A stretch of 19,155 nucleotides of DNA from Fibrobacterota bacterium. Its GTDB lineage: Bacteria; Fibrobacterota; Fibrobacteria; UBA11236. This document shows, in pieces, positions 1-9,100 of the stretch (positions are counted from its first letter, which is position 1; the number at the start of each line of letters is the position of its first letter). Both the position numbers and the translations under genes were made by a program. The notes beneath the pieces were generated by a model. That model was not told the DNA's origin. It saw nothing but the letters and a program-made list of their open reading frames with translations, and did no database searches. The stretch spans positions 1 through 19,155 of the forward strand of contig JAYUVP010000127.1 in NCBI GenBank assembly GCA_043753995.1. Reading direction: 5' to 3'.

Positions 1-10
1 TACCTTAAAC

Positions 11-43
11 CGGGGTTGGAGGGAGGGGCCGAGCCCCTCCCCG
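11..43. repeat. GC-rich hairpin (REP-like or terminator) downstream of the SET gene
   Basis: Perfect 9-bp stem GGGAGGGGC(21-29)-CGA-GCCCCTCCC(33-41). An extra CGGGG (11-15) can alternatively pair with CCCCG (39-43). No adjacent long U-tract. Confidence 0.55.
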
Positions 44-76
44 AAATACCAGTAAATCGTTACGAACGCAACAAAA

Positions 77-454
77 TTAAATGTAGGGGATATTGTCCCA
101 AGTCGCCATGAAGTGCCGATAGTCGCAGGTGAGTTCGTCGCCAGCGGCAATATCCTGGGTCGCGACGCCTTGTCCCACTTCGGAAAAGTCGACATTGGGT
201 AGCCGGGAATGATTCATGTATTTGCCCATGGTGGCCTCGTAATAAAACGGACCTCCCTCTTCAGGTTCATACATATGCCATTCGATTTCTTCCTTCACGC
301 TGGCCGGAAGCTTTTCAAATTCTTCGGGGGTGAACTTGATGTCGAGCTTTTCGTGGAATTGCCAAACCAAGGATCCCCGAGTGACGGGCTCCCGCGCGAA
401 AATTCCAAAACCGTGAATGGGACTTTTTTCCAGGTAGGTTCGAACCACTAGCAA
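77..454 (-). CDS. Stand-alone bacterial SET-domain protein (putative SAM-dependent lysine methyltransferase)
   Basis: SET motifs SPIHGFGIFA, YMNHS..PN and DIAAGDELTCDY. The TTG start is preceded by SD AAGGAG at 8 nt. No post-SET Cys cluster. Confidence 0.9.
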   Translation of the reverse strand: MLVVRTYLEKSPIHGFGIFAREPVTRGSLVWQFHEKLDIKFTPEEFEKLPASVKEEIEWHMYEPEEGGPFYYEATMGKYMNHSRLPNVDFSEVGQGVATQDIAAGDELTCDYRHFMATWDNIPYI

Positions 455-524
455 GGGGAGCGCTCCTTCTTTCTATAGAGATGCGCGCCAAGATTAGCCA
501 AAGAAAGGCGCTTGGAAAAGAGAG

Positions 525-587
525 AAAGCGGGGATTTTTTCGGTGGGTGGCAAGTTGCCCGGCTCCCCATCCGAAAAGTCCCGCTTT
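525..587 (-). terminator. Long imperfect hairpin, probable intrinsic terminator of the 1245-aa gene
   Basis: AAAGCGGGGATTTTTTCGG (525-543) pairs imperfectly with CCGAAAAGTCCCGCTTT (571-587), 11 nt past the stop codon. A pyrimidine run follows on the minus strand. Confidence 0.65.
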
Positions 588-598
588 TTATGGGTGTT

Positions 599-3500
599 TC
601 AGGGAGTCACAAAGCGGTGGATGTCGCTATGGGTGATTCCGCCTTCTCCATCTTGGGCAACGACCTTGAAGAAATAGGTCGTGCCGGGCTTCAAATCATT
701 GCGGGTCAACTCGATGACCTCGCTTCGGGTCTGGGTAAAAACCCAGATGGTCGCTAAGGAAAAGATCAAGGTGGCCATGGTGGCTAGGGTTCGTCGTCGA
801 CCCAGGAGAAGGAACCCCAAACCCACCAAAGCTGCGGATATCAAGGTGAAGAAGGCCATTCGCCAAATGGGGCGCTTGAAGGAAAAGGTAGGGGTAATGC
901 CTTCGCGACAAAGATCATAAGTCAAATTTTGACCGGCCTCCCAAATGCAACCCAGATAGGTGATAGGATGTCCTTCCCGATCCGAGCTTTTATTCCATGC
1001 GAATCGAGTCGGCATGGCGACGGGCGTCAAAGATTCACTCGGCTCTAGGAGGCCAGGTTTTTCTGGTGCTGCATTGCGCTGCACCGCCTCGGCTTGGAGG
1101 TGAGCCTCGGCAAAACCGGCAAAGCCCGTGGTTTGTACATCTTGCTCACAAAAGTCGCGTCGCAAGGGGCTAAAAATTTCGGCGCAGAGTTGTCTGGCTT
1201 TTTCTATGGGCATGGGATCGCTGGGCTTTACCGATGGAGTACCGGTATAAGTGGTAGGTACCATGCAAGCCACCCCCTGTTTGCCGGGCCACTCTTTGAG
1301 GGTGAAGGTTTCGGTATTCGTCCCTGGCGCATAGTCAAATAAAGAATTGGACGTGTCGACACGCCAGGCATTGGCGAAGGTCTCATAGAGATCGTGATAG
1401 CGAGCATCCAGGGTCGTGGGCCTTCTGCCGAGATAGTTGCCATCGGGTAATGCAGGCAGCCATCCCATCGGGCCAACGGTACCCACGAGGCCTTGGGTTC
1501 CGCGCGCCCGACGAATATCGATATCCAGAAAATGGATTCGATGTTCCTCCCAAATTCTAGGCGTAATCACGATATCGGTCCCACCTAAGCCTTCGATTTG
1601 AATCGTGCCGGGATTGGGCAAGGGTAGTATTCTCCCTCCCCAGGCCAAGTTCATTCCCTTGGTGGGCAGTTTTTCAATTTGCTTGCCATCGACTCGCAAG
1701 GTGAGTTGAGGAATATCATTGGGGCCGCGATCGCTTTGATAGGTGATACGATGGGTTCCCAATCGAATCGCCACGGCGGAATTCACGCTAGCGCAACTGA
1801 CTAATTCACTATGCCGGTCAGGCCCTAGAGGCGCGGCCGTACTTACGGGGATTTGCCTGACCTGAACCTCGAAATCAATGTCGCGCAAAAGGGTGAATTC
1901 CCCCGCGGCTTGAAAGTCATAGGGGATGCCATCTAGGGTCGTGAGATGAGGATCACCAATGGAAAACAGGCTGCCCCCATCCATCCACCTGCGAAGGGTT
2001 TTGATATCGGCGGGCGTGAGCGGAGGGCCACCACAAGGCATCATGCCACCGGGACAATCTTCGCCGGTTTGGGTGACGCGACGAATAATATTACTGCCCT
2101 GATCCACAACGCTACGATAGGCTTCAGTCAACCTATTGTCCCCGGAAGGAGGGGCTTCGTCTTCGGTGAATTTGAGATAGGCGGTAAACCCCAGAGCGTC
2201 GGTGGCATAGGGTGGATACTGAAAACCATTGTGACATTCGATGCAGCTCTTGTTCAGAACGCGTTGCACGTCGGTATAAGTCGGGAGCACCGTTTCATCG
2301 GGGGCGATGGTCAGGGAGGTATTGACAGCCGGAATCAATTGGCCGCAAGTGTAATTGGTCGTTGTGGAAGGAAGGCCGAAATCATTCCTTTGGCTAAGGC
2401 TGCGATCGATGGCGGTCTTTATGAAGGTTTGGTAGTCGGAATCGAAAACGTCGGCAAAATTGTAAGCTCGTGATCGGCCTCGCACGCCCATGCTCCATTT
2501 GTCGATCGAAACTCCCAAGGGCTCCAGGAAATAACGCAAAAGGCCAACCAAGTCAACGTTAGGAGAATAGTCTTCTCTATCGATGGAAATCCCCCCCATG
2601 ATGGAAGTGTCCATATCGAAAACGTCTTGATGCCTTCGAAAGACTTCTTGCTGAAGGCGGGGAGTGTCAACGGCCGTGCCGCCCACGGTCGAATCGCCAT
2701 AGCGCGGAATAAGCCCTTTCGTCAAGTCGCCTCGGACGAGATAGGGATCGCCCGCGCGATGCATGGCCAGTTTCTCGATATCGGCTTTTCGTCGCGGCAG
2801 GTCGTGCATGCGTAGGCGCGTGTCCGCTAACAATTGGGCGAGAGATTTGCCATCATTCAGGAGGTCAAGCTTCGTAGTGGAATAATTCAGAGCCACTGCA
2901 GGTAGGCGCGATTGTGCCATGCCGCCGCTGATTTCTATGCAGCCTCCCAGGATGGCACTCACCAGAGGTCGCCCATCGAAAGGAATACTTCCCGTCGCGA
3001 AATGCTGGCCATTCACTTCGCTAGCAATGCGCTTTTGGTTGAGCTTGCCTTTATTTCCTCCCAGCAAATCGAAATAATGCACGCCGCGTCCTTCTAGATT
3101 GACGTCTGAGGACGAAGTACGATTGGAGTCACGCGTATGCCTCAAGGTCACGTAACTCCCCCCGACTCGTACGGGGTTGGTGGTTGATAAAGGTGGCCGA
3201 TTATCAAATTGGTAACCGACATTGCGTGTGGTCGTCCCACTAATAGGTGCTTCGAATGTGGTCGGCCTTGTCGCGTCAAAAGCGAACCCAATCGAGGCAT
3301 CTTGGCGGCCACCCTTCCAACGTCGAATCGAATCCGAGGCGGGCACCGCCCCTGGCAATAGCCGCAATTGTTCGATGAAGGCTCGCACGGTGTCTTGCGC
3401 ACGCCAATTCCAGAAATTGAAAATACCGCGAAAGGCGGCGGCTTCAATCGAGCCTTGGTGAATGCGGTCGCGGGTATAGGGCAGCATGCCCGCCCAGCTG

Positions 3501-4336
3501 TCATAGGCATCCCAGTTGGGTTTGCTCTTGAATGGAACCAGGCCTATAGGCAAGCCCGTGGTTCCCGGCGTTATGCCGCGAGTCATGATATTACGCGTCG
3601 AGTGACAAGCGAAACATCTGGAATCATCCGCCGACACTCCGCGTCTCCGCTCGGGAGCCGTGGTCGTGGCCGGCTCATTGCTCAAGACGATTTCATGAAA
3701 ATGAAAATTCGAATCGGCTTCCCGCCATTCCATGTATTCGATGGCATTCGGGTGCGCTCCTGGATAGGAGTCGTGAGGCTTGAGTCCAAAGGTGAAGGTG
3801 AATCGGGCATCCTCGCTTGGGAGCAGAAAGCGAGGCAATTCGGCTGTTCCGGGTTGCAGGCTTTCCGATCGAATCATGAGTATCCAATTGCGCTTGAACT
3901 CTTCGGGCAAGGCGGAGAGAAAATGGGCGGGAGTATTCACCCTGGGATTGTCACGCAGGTAATTGCCGAGGGTTACGGTGTCGAATCCGGCAAGCATTGG
4001 AATTGCAAAGCCCGCACCGAATTGAGCGCGAACCGACCGGGAGGTTGCGGTGGTCACGGTACATTTTTGCGCCGTTCCCGAACAGTCGCCATCCCAGCCA
4101 AGAAAGGTGGCCAGGGGTTCGGCGACCAGTATCACGCGGCCTGTATTCGAGAAGTTGCCGTCGCAAGTGGCTCCGCAATCGATGGCACTGGCATGCGCGG
4201 GATCGGGCTCGGAATACACCCGTCCGGAGGCCGCTCCCAATCCCAAGCCCATGCGCATGACGCGCAGGTCGGCGGCCCAATGGATTTGATACGCCAGTAG
4301 CAGGCAATAGGTCATGCGAAGGAGCCATTGAGCCAT
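599..4336 (-). CDS. Exported multidomain protein: InlB-B/bacterial-repeat-like domain, two c-type heme motifs, VWD domain, FN3-like domain with two TM helices
   Basis: Signal-like N-terminus; IDCGATC..FLGWDGDCSG..CTVT..SVRAQF (InlB B-repeat-like). CFACH at aa241-245; CIECH at aa698-702 followed by MMPCGGPPLTPADIKTLRRW (class I cytochrome c-like Met ligand). GDPHLTTLDGIPYDFQAAGEF starts the VWD domain; LKPGTTYFFKVVAQD is FN3-like. SD GGAG upstream. Confidence 0.88.
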   Translation of the reverse strand: MAQWLLRMTYCLLLAYQIHWAADLRVMRMGLGLGAASGRVYSEPDPAHASAIDCGATCDGNFSNTGRVILVAEPLATFLGWDGDCSGTAQKCTVTTATSRSVRAQFGAGFAIPMLAGFDTVTLGNYLRDNPRVNTPAHFLSALPEEFKRNWILMIRSESLQPGTAELPRFLLPSEDARFTFTFGLKPHDSYPGAHPNAIEYMEWREADSNFHFHEIVLSNEPATTTAPERRRGVSADDSRCFACHSTRNIMTRGITPGTTGLPIGLVPFKSKPNWDAYDSWAGMLPYTRDRIHQGSIEAAAFRGIFNFWNWRAQDTVRAFIEQLRLLPGAVPASDSIRRWKGGRQDASIGFAFDATRPTTFEAPISGTTTRNVGYQFDNRPPLSTTNPVRVGGSYVTLRHTRDSNRTSSSDVNLEGRGVHYFDLLGGNKGKLNQKRIASEVNGQHFATGSIPFDGRPLVSAILGGCIEISGGMAQSRLPAVALNYSTTKLDLLNDGKSLAQLLADTRLRMHDLPRRKADIEKLAMHRAGDPYLVRGDLTKGLIPRYGDSTVGGTAVDTPRLQQEVFRRHQDVFDMDTSIMGGISIDREDYSPNVDLVGLLRYFLEPLGVSIDKWSMGVRGRSRAYNFADVFDSDYQTFIKTAIDRSLSQRNDFGLPSTTTNYTCGQLIPAVNTSLTIAPDETVLPTYTDVQRVLNKSCIECHNGFQYPPYATDALGFTAYLKFTEDEAPPSGDNRLTEAYRSVVDQGSNIIRRVTQTGEDCPGGMMPCGGPPLTPADIKTLRRWMDGGSLFSIGDPHLTTLDGIPYDFQAAGEFTLLRDIDFEVQVRQIPVSTAAPLGPDRHSELVSCASVNSAVAIRLGTHRITYQSDRGPNDIPQLTLRVDGKQIEKLPTKGMNLAWGGRILPLPNPGTIQIEGLGGTDIVITPRIWEEHRIHFLDIDIRRARGTQGLVGTVGPMGWLPALPDGNYLGRRPTTLDARYHDLYETFANAWRVDTSNSLFDYAPGTNTETFTLKEWPGKQGVACMVPTTYTGTPSVKPSDPMPIEKARQLCAEIFSPLRRDFCEQDVQTTGFAGFAEAHLQAEAVQRNAAPEKPGLLEPSESLTPVAMPTRFAWNKSSDREGHPITYLGCIWEAGQNLTYDLCREGITPTFSFKRPIWRMAFFTLISAALVGLGFLLLGRRRTLATMATLIFSLATIWVFTQTRSEVIELTRNDLKPGTTYFFKVVAQDGEGGITHSDIHRFVTP

Positions 4337-4391
4337 AGCGTCTCCGGGGTTGGGCTTTGGGAAGGGGACCAGCCGCTATTAGACACGCTAA

Positions 4392-4412
4392 AGCAAGGAG
4401 GGTAACCTTGCT
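4392..4412 (-). terminator. Weak hairpin between the hydrolase and cytochrome genes
   Basis: AGCAAGG(4392-4398)/CCTTGCT(4406-4412), 7-bp stem with only a short T-run. Confidence 0.3.
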
Positions 4413-4475
4413 AGAGATTGGGCGGTGAAATATTCGGATGACGATTTAAAAAAGATCAGCTTTGCTGCGACACCA

Positions 4476-6122
4476 TCACCGCTCACCCCAAGCCAGGCCA
4501 AGTCCCAGGCTGAAGCGAGGATGCCATCCCGTGGCCATCAACCCCTCTTGCTCATATTGCAAGTGGACCCGCCATCGGGTGAAAAGTGTTGGCGCGGGCG
4601 GCCCTAGGGACATAAAGGCATGAAAAGTGTCGCGCTTATAGTTTTCGCCGGGGTCGTTTAAAAATGCATTATAGCCGATGCCTAGGAAAAAGGCCGAACT
4701 GGGTGAAGTGATCATCGGAAGGCTGAGGCCGAAATTCCAATCGCGCTTGCCAGGTGAAAACTGGCCATAATTGACTTGGAAGTTCATTAATAGCAAAACA
4801 AGATCCGCTGAAACATTCCACCTGTCAGATTCAGATGTGATTCCAGTGACATAACCCATTCGACGCAGCCATAAAACACTACCCACGGGATAGGTAAGAG
4901 AAAAACCGGCTTCGGTTTGTGGATGCTCCCAGTCCGCGGAATCTTGGATGGCCAGGCTCGCCCCGAGGCGATTCAAACACGGATACTTTTCGCTTCTGGG
5001 CGCACCGTCTACTTCAAAGCTTTTTCTGCCGTCCCCAAAGGAATGCGAATAGTTCGCATTGAGCAGGGCTGCATGCTCCCTGGGAGCGCTATACCACATT
5101 CCATTGCCACCCATGAAAAGCGTGGGATGATCGAGGCGGGATATGCGTTCCAAAGGGACGCGATGGTTCTTGACCCAAGCGACCGTGTCCAGAATCTGGT
5201 TAAAGTTTTTCTGCAATCCCTCGCTGAAACTTTTCCCCCTATCGGTATTCATCCGGTTTAACCAAGCATCAAATGTCGAAATCAGGCCTTCGCGAATGCT
5301 GGAGCGATCGCGGCTAAGCATGTCTTCGGCATGGGTGCGCGTTTTGAGAATGACCACGGCGCCATGCGCCGTATCGCCTTTTTCAAAAAGCCTCACCGAA
5401 TGATTCGAGCGTATCAGCCAATCCCCAGAACCATGCACCAAAAGAAAGGGCACCTTGATATTGCGCATGTCTTCGGCGGGCGTGGCCTTATTGCAAAACA
5501 AGGATGCTGGCATGCCGAATACAATCATGGAGAGAATGCGCGAAACGCTAGAACGGTCAAGGGCATAAGCACCAGAGAGGAGGGACTCCATCGGCTTGCC
5601 CAAGTCCCCCGAAAGCATCATATTGATTTCCCCGACGCGATAGGGAGCGGCCACAGCAATGACCGACTTCAGGGCGCTAGTGGTGGTTTGTGCCGCGGCG
5701 AAACGCAAAACGGTTTTGGCTCCCAGGGAAAAGCCCAAAGCATGCATTCCGCGGTCTTTGTGAATGCTGTCTAAACGCAAAGAGTCCACCAAGGTCTGTA
5801 AATCTTTGCTCTCGGTATCACCCCAACGGAAAGGCTTGGCTCCGCAGCTATCCTGAGTTTCGCCATGCTGGGGGGGATTCATAATCAAAACCGACCAGCC
5901 GGCATCGAGATAATGATTGCGTAATAAAGTGAATTCGAGCGACCGATTGTGCTGGGTGAATCCCGGAACCATTAGCAATAAAGGTGTTTCCTTGCCGAGG
6001 TCCTGAAGCTCATAATGAATGCCGCGAAAGGACGAAATTGTGGCAGCAGGATAGATATGGGCCTCAACTAGGGAAAGGCAAGCGACTAAACCCAGCAAAG
6101 CCAGGTACCCTAGGCGGTTCAT
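4476..6122 (-). CDS. Secreted alpha/beta-hydrolase (esterase/lipase-like) with a probable C-terminal outer-membrane beta-barrel
   Basis: Signal peptide; PGF oxyanion loop; GFSLG nucleophile (S132), HGSGD (D234), THAED (H264). Residues ~350-548 show alternating amphipathic strands ending FSLGLGLAW. Confidence 0.82.
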   Translation of the reverse strand: MNRLGYLALLGLVACLSLVEAHIYPAATISSFRGIHYELQDLGKETPLLLMVPGFTQHNRSLEFTLLRNHYLDAGWSVLIMNPPQHGETQDSCGAKPFRWGDTESKDLQTLVDSLRLDSIHKDRGMHALGFSLGAKTVLRFAAAQTTTSALKSVIAVAAPYRVGEINMMLSGDLGKPMESLLSGAYALDRSSVSRILSMIVFGMPASLFCNKATPAEDMRNIKVPFLLVHGSGDWLIRSNHSVRLFEKGDTAHGAVVILKTRTHAEDMLSRDRSSIREGLISTFDAWLNRMNTDRGKSFSEGLQKNFNQILDTVAWVKNHRVPLERISRLDHPTLFMGGNGMWYSAPREHAALLNANYSHSFGDGRKSFEVDGAPRSEKYPCLNRLGASLAIQDSADWEHPQTEAGFSLTYPVGSVLWLRRMGYVTGITSESDRWNVSADLVLLLMNFQVNYGQFSPGKRDWNFGLSLPMITSPSSAFFLGIGYNAFLNDPGENYKRDTFHAFMSLGPPAPTLFTRWRVHLQYEQEGLMATGWHPRFSLGLGLAWGER

Positions 6123-6131
6123 GGCATCACC

Positions 6132-9100
6132 TTATTGAGCGAAAATTTTAGCGACTTCAGCGGCAGTCAAGGCGCGCTTATAAATCCGAATATCATCCAA
6201 GGCACCCGACCAGGGAGTCTCCACCGAGCCTCCGAATAGAAGGTCGGTCAAATCGCCCGTGATCGTCCCGGGTAAGGCGAGGCTGCCTGCGATTTTTCCG
6301 TTCACATATAGTTGCACGGTCTTTCCATTGTAAACGCCAGCCGCATGAGTCCATTGATTCGCGACCCAGGTTCCGGACACTGAACTCGCGGTGGGGGCGC
6401 TGACGCCAAATTCAAGCGTGGTCATTTTCATTGCGAAGAAAATTTCATTCCCAGGTGTCGCTGCAAAGGAAATGCTTGAGGCATGGGTGCCTGGGTTTAG
6501 AAACCAAAACGAAAAGGTAAAGCTCGAACCCGCGGCAACCTTGGGTGACGAGACTAGGGCCGACTCACCCTTCCCACTGAATTCCAATGCCGAAAACTTC
6601 GCGCCTTTCCTATCGGCCGAAAAAACCATCCCATCGGTTATTTTCAAAGGTGCCGCATTCAAGCCGGAATCCACGCCATTATTGTCGAGTTTATACCACG
6701 ATATCGGGCCTACCCAAACGGGCGCGCTTGCTCGCGGCGACCAATTATTGGCGCTGTCTTTTTCCTGCACATACAAAGTGTGATACCCGATCTTTAGGCT
6801 GTCCGGCTGATAGGTGGTTAAAGCCGTGGCGGTTGCGCCTGAGGTCATTACCGGGTCATTCAACTTATAACGATAGCCCGCATTGACGCCACCCCCGCCA
6901 CTCACCCAAGTCCATATCGGCCGGCCTAGAACCGCAGCCGCGCTCGTGTCTTGAACGGAAACCACCGGAGCAGAAGGCGGAACGTCATCGACCTTCATCA
7001 CGTTCACGGTATAGGTTTTTTTATAGGACGTGTCGGCGGCGACAATCGCGAATTGAAAGGAATTGAGTCCCATGTTCAAGATGAGGGTATCCGAAGGTGT
7101 CCCTGAAATCAGCACCTTGTCTTTCAACTTCATATTGGCCGTGACATCGTGAAGGGTTGCTGATAGTCGAATGGAAGCCACCGACAATCCCACGGTATCC
7201 CGGTAAACCAAAGAGTCGGAATGGAAGGCAGGAAAAAGCTTGCCTGCAGAAATGCTTAAGCCATCCAATCGCGCCTCGCGGTGAAGCGCCACCGTAATGA
7301 GCGCCGTATCCAAAGACGAGAAACCATCGTCGTCCGTCACTCGGAGAATGCAGCTCAAAACCGAGACCGAATTAGGAGCGGTAAAGGCGGTGTCTTGCTG
7401 GGAAGCTGTGACAAAGTTCGCGCCTGCAATGCTCCACTCTTTCTTGACAATCACGCCCAAGGAATCCATGCCCTTAGCATGCAGGGTGATCTTGGTGCCG
7501 GTGAACACCAGGGTATCCGCACCGGCCAGGGCTTTCGGGGGATCTTGTTTGACCGTAATCCTCGCGGAATCCTTCACCGTGCGTCCCGAATTATCGGTGA
7601 CTTTGAGTGCCAGTTTATAGACACCCGCAAGGTTATAGCGATGCCCGCCACGAAAGGTCAGCGACGTTTCATTGACGCTGAGGGTGTCATCTTGTGCTCC
7701 GTCGCCGTCATAGTCCCAGGAAATGAGGCGCACTTGCCCATCCGAACTCGCCGACTGAGCCCAAAAGGGAATGGAGTCCTTGATGGAAATCACGGTATCA
7801 CGAGGAGATAGGCCGAATAAAACCAAGGAGCTGCTGCTTATATCGACCAAACGAATGTCGGTAGCGACATTGCCATCATCGTCGCGAGCATACAAAATCG
7901 CGGAATAGCGTGCATCCTTGAAATAGGCATGGGATAGATTCGGCGTCGAAGTCGAAGAGTCATCCCAACTTCCATTGCCGTCAAAATCCCATTTCCACAT
8001 CACCACTCGACCGAAGGTCTGGGTCGCCATGCCCGTGAAAGCCAGGCTTTCGCCCGACTTCGCCGCGGTATCCCTGCCCGCATAGACTACGGGAGGGTCC
8101 AGAATGACCCGCACGGATACGCTATCGCGTGTCGATCCGCCATTCTCATCCGTCACGGTGATCCGAGCCCAAAAAAGCCCCGTGTCGGGATAGGCTTGAG
8201 AACGTGATTTCTGTACCATGGATTTCTCAAGGGTATCGCGAACCACCACGGAAGTATCCTTGCCTAGTCGCCAAACCACGGTGCGAATCACGCCATCGGC
8301 ATCTTGCGCATTCAATTGGAAATTCACCGTATCGCGAATGGATACCGTTGTATTCGGGCTGAAGGATTCAATCACCGGATTCGCGTTCGCGAAAACGTCT
8401 ATCAGGGAGGAGTCTGGTTCGCCACCGGCAATGAAAGCCACAATCCATGTTTTTCCAGGCTTTACGGTGCGGAATCCGCCCAAGGAATCCACCTGGATCA
8501 CCATGGTATCGCGGCTTTGAAAAGAAACCTTGGCCGAAGCCAAATCCGTGGAGCGAATAATTTGCAAGGAGTCTTTCTTGCCTCCTTCTTTCAGTCGAAT
8601 AGAGTCGGGACTCATGCGCACTGAACCTAGCGGCACGATTTCCTGAATCACCTCGACTATGGAAGAGTCCCTCTCACCCGCTTCCGTGAAGGCCACCACA
8701 TAGGTTTTACCCAGCTTGCGCGAACGGACCCGACCCATGGAATCCACCGTGGCCACCGAGCTATCGCGGGACACAAAGTTTACCTTGGCGCCAACCGGTA
8801 CCACATGGGGTTGTAGGCGGAAGGCTTGCCCATTTTCCTTCAACTGAATCGAATCGGGCAAAAGAGTGACCGAAGGGATAATGTTGACGGTGAGTACCTC
8901 GACGATGGACGAATCACTTTGCCCCGCTTCCGAAGTAACCGCAATGACGGTTGTTCCAGCGCGCTGCGCGGTCACCTTTCCTTCCGAATCCACCGTGGCC
9001 ACCAGGCTGTCACGCGAAGCGAAAGTCACCTTCGCCCCAGTCGGTAGCACGGTGACGCGCAAACTATAAGAGGCGCCATTTTCTGCTATCCGTACCGTGT

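Noticed and set aside
472..501. TTGGCT-N18-TATAGA promoter for the SET gene
   Set aside because: The implied TSS would fall inside the SD sequence, and the -10 lacks the final T.
3368..4300. 310-aa plus-strand ORF (also 1946..2473, 7281..7811, 9565..10257, 12559..13107)
   Set aside because: Antisense shadows of well-supported genes, with no motifs and atypical composition.
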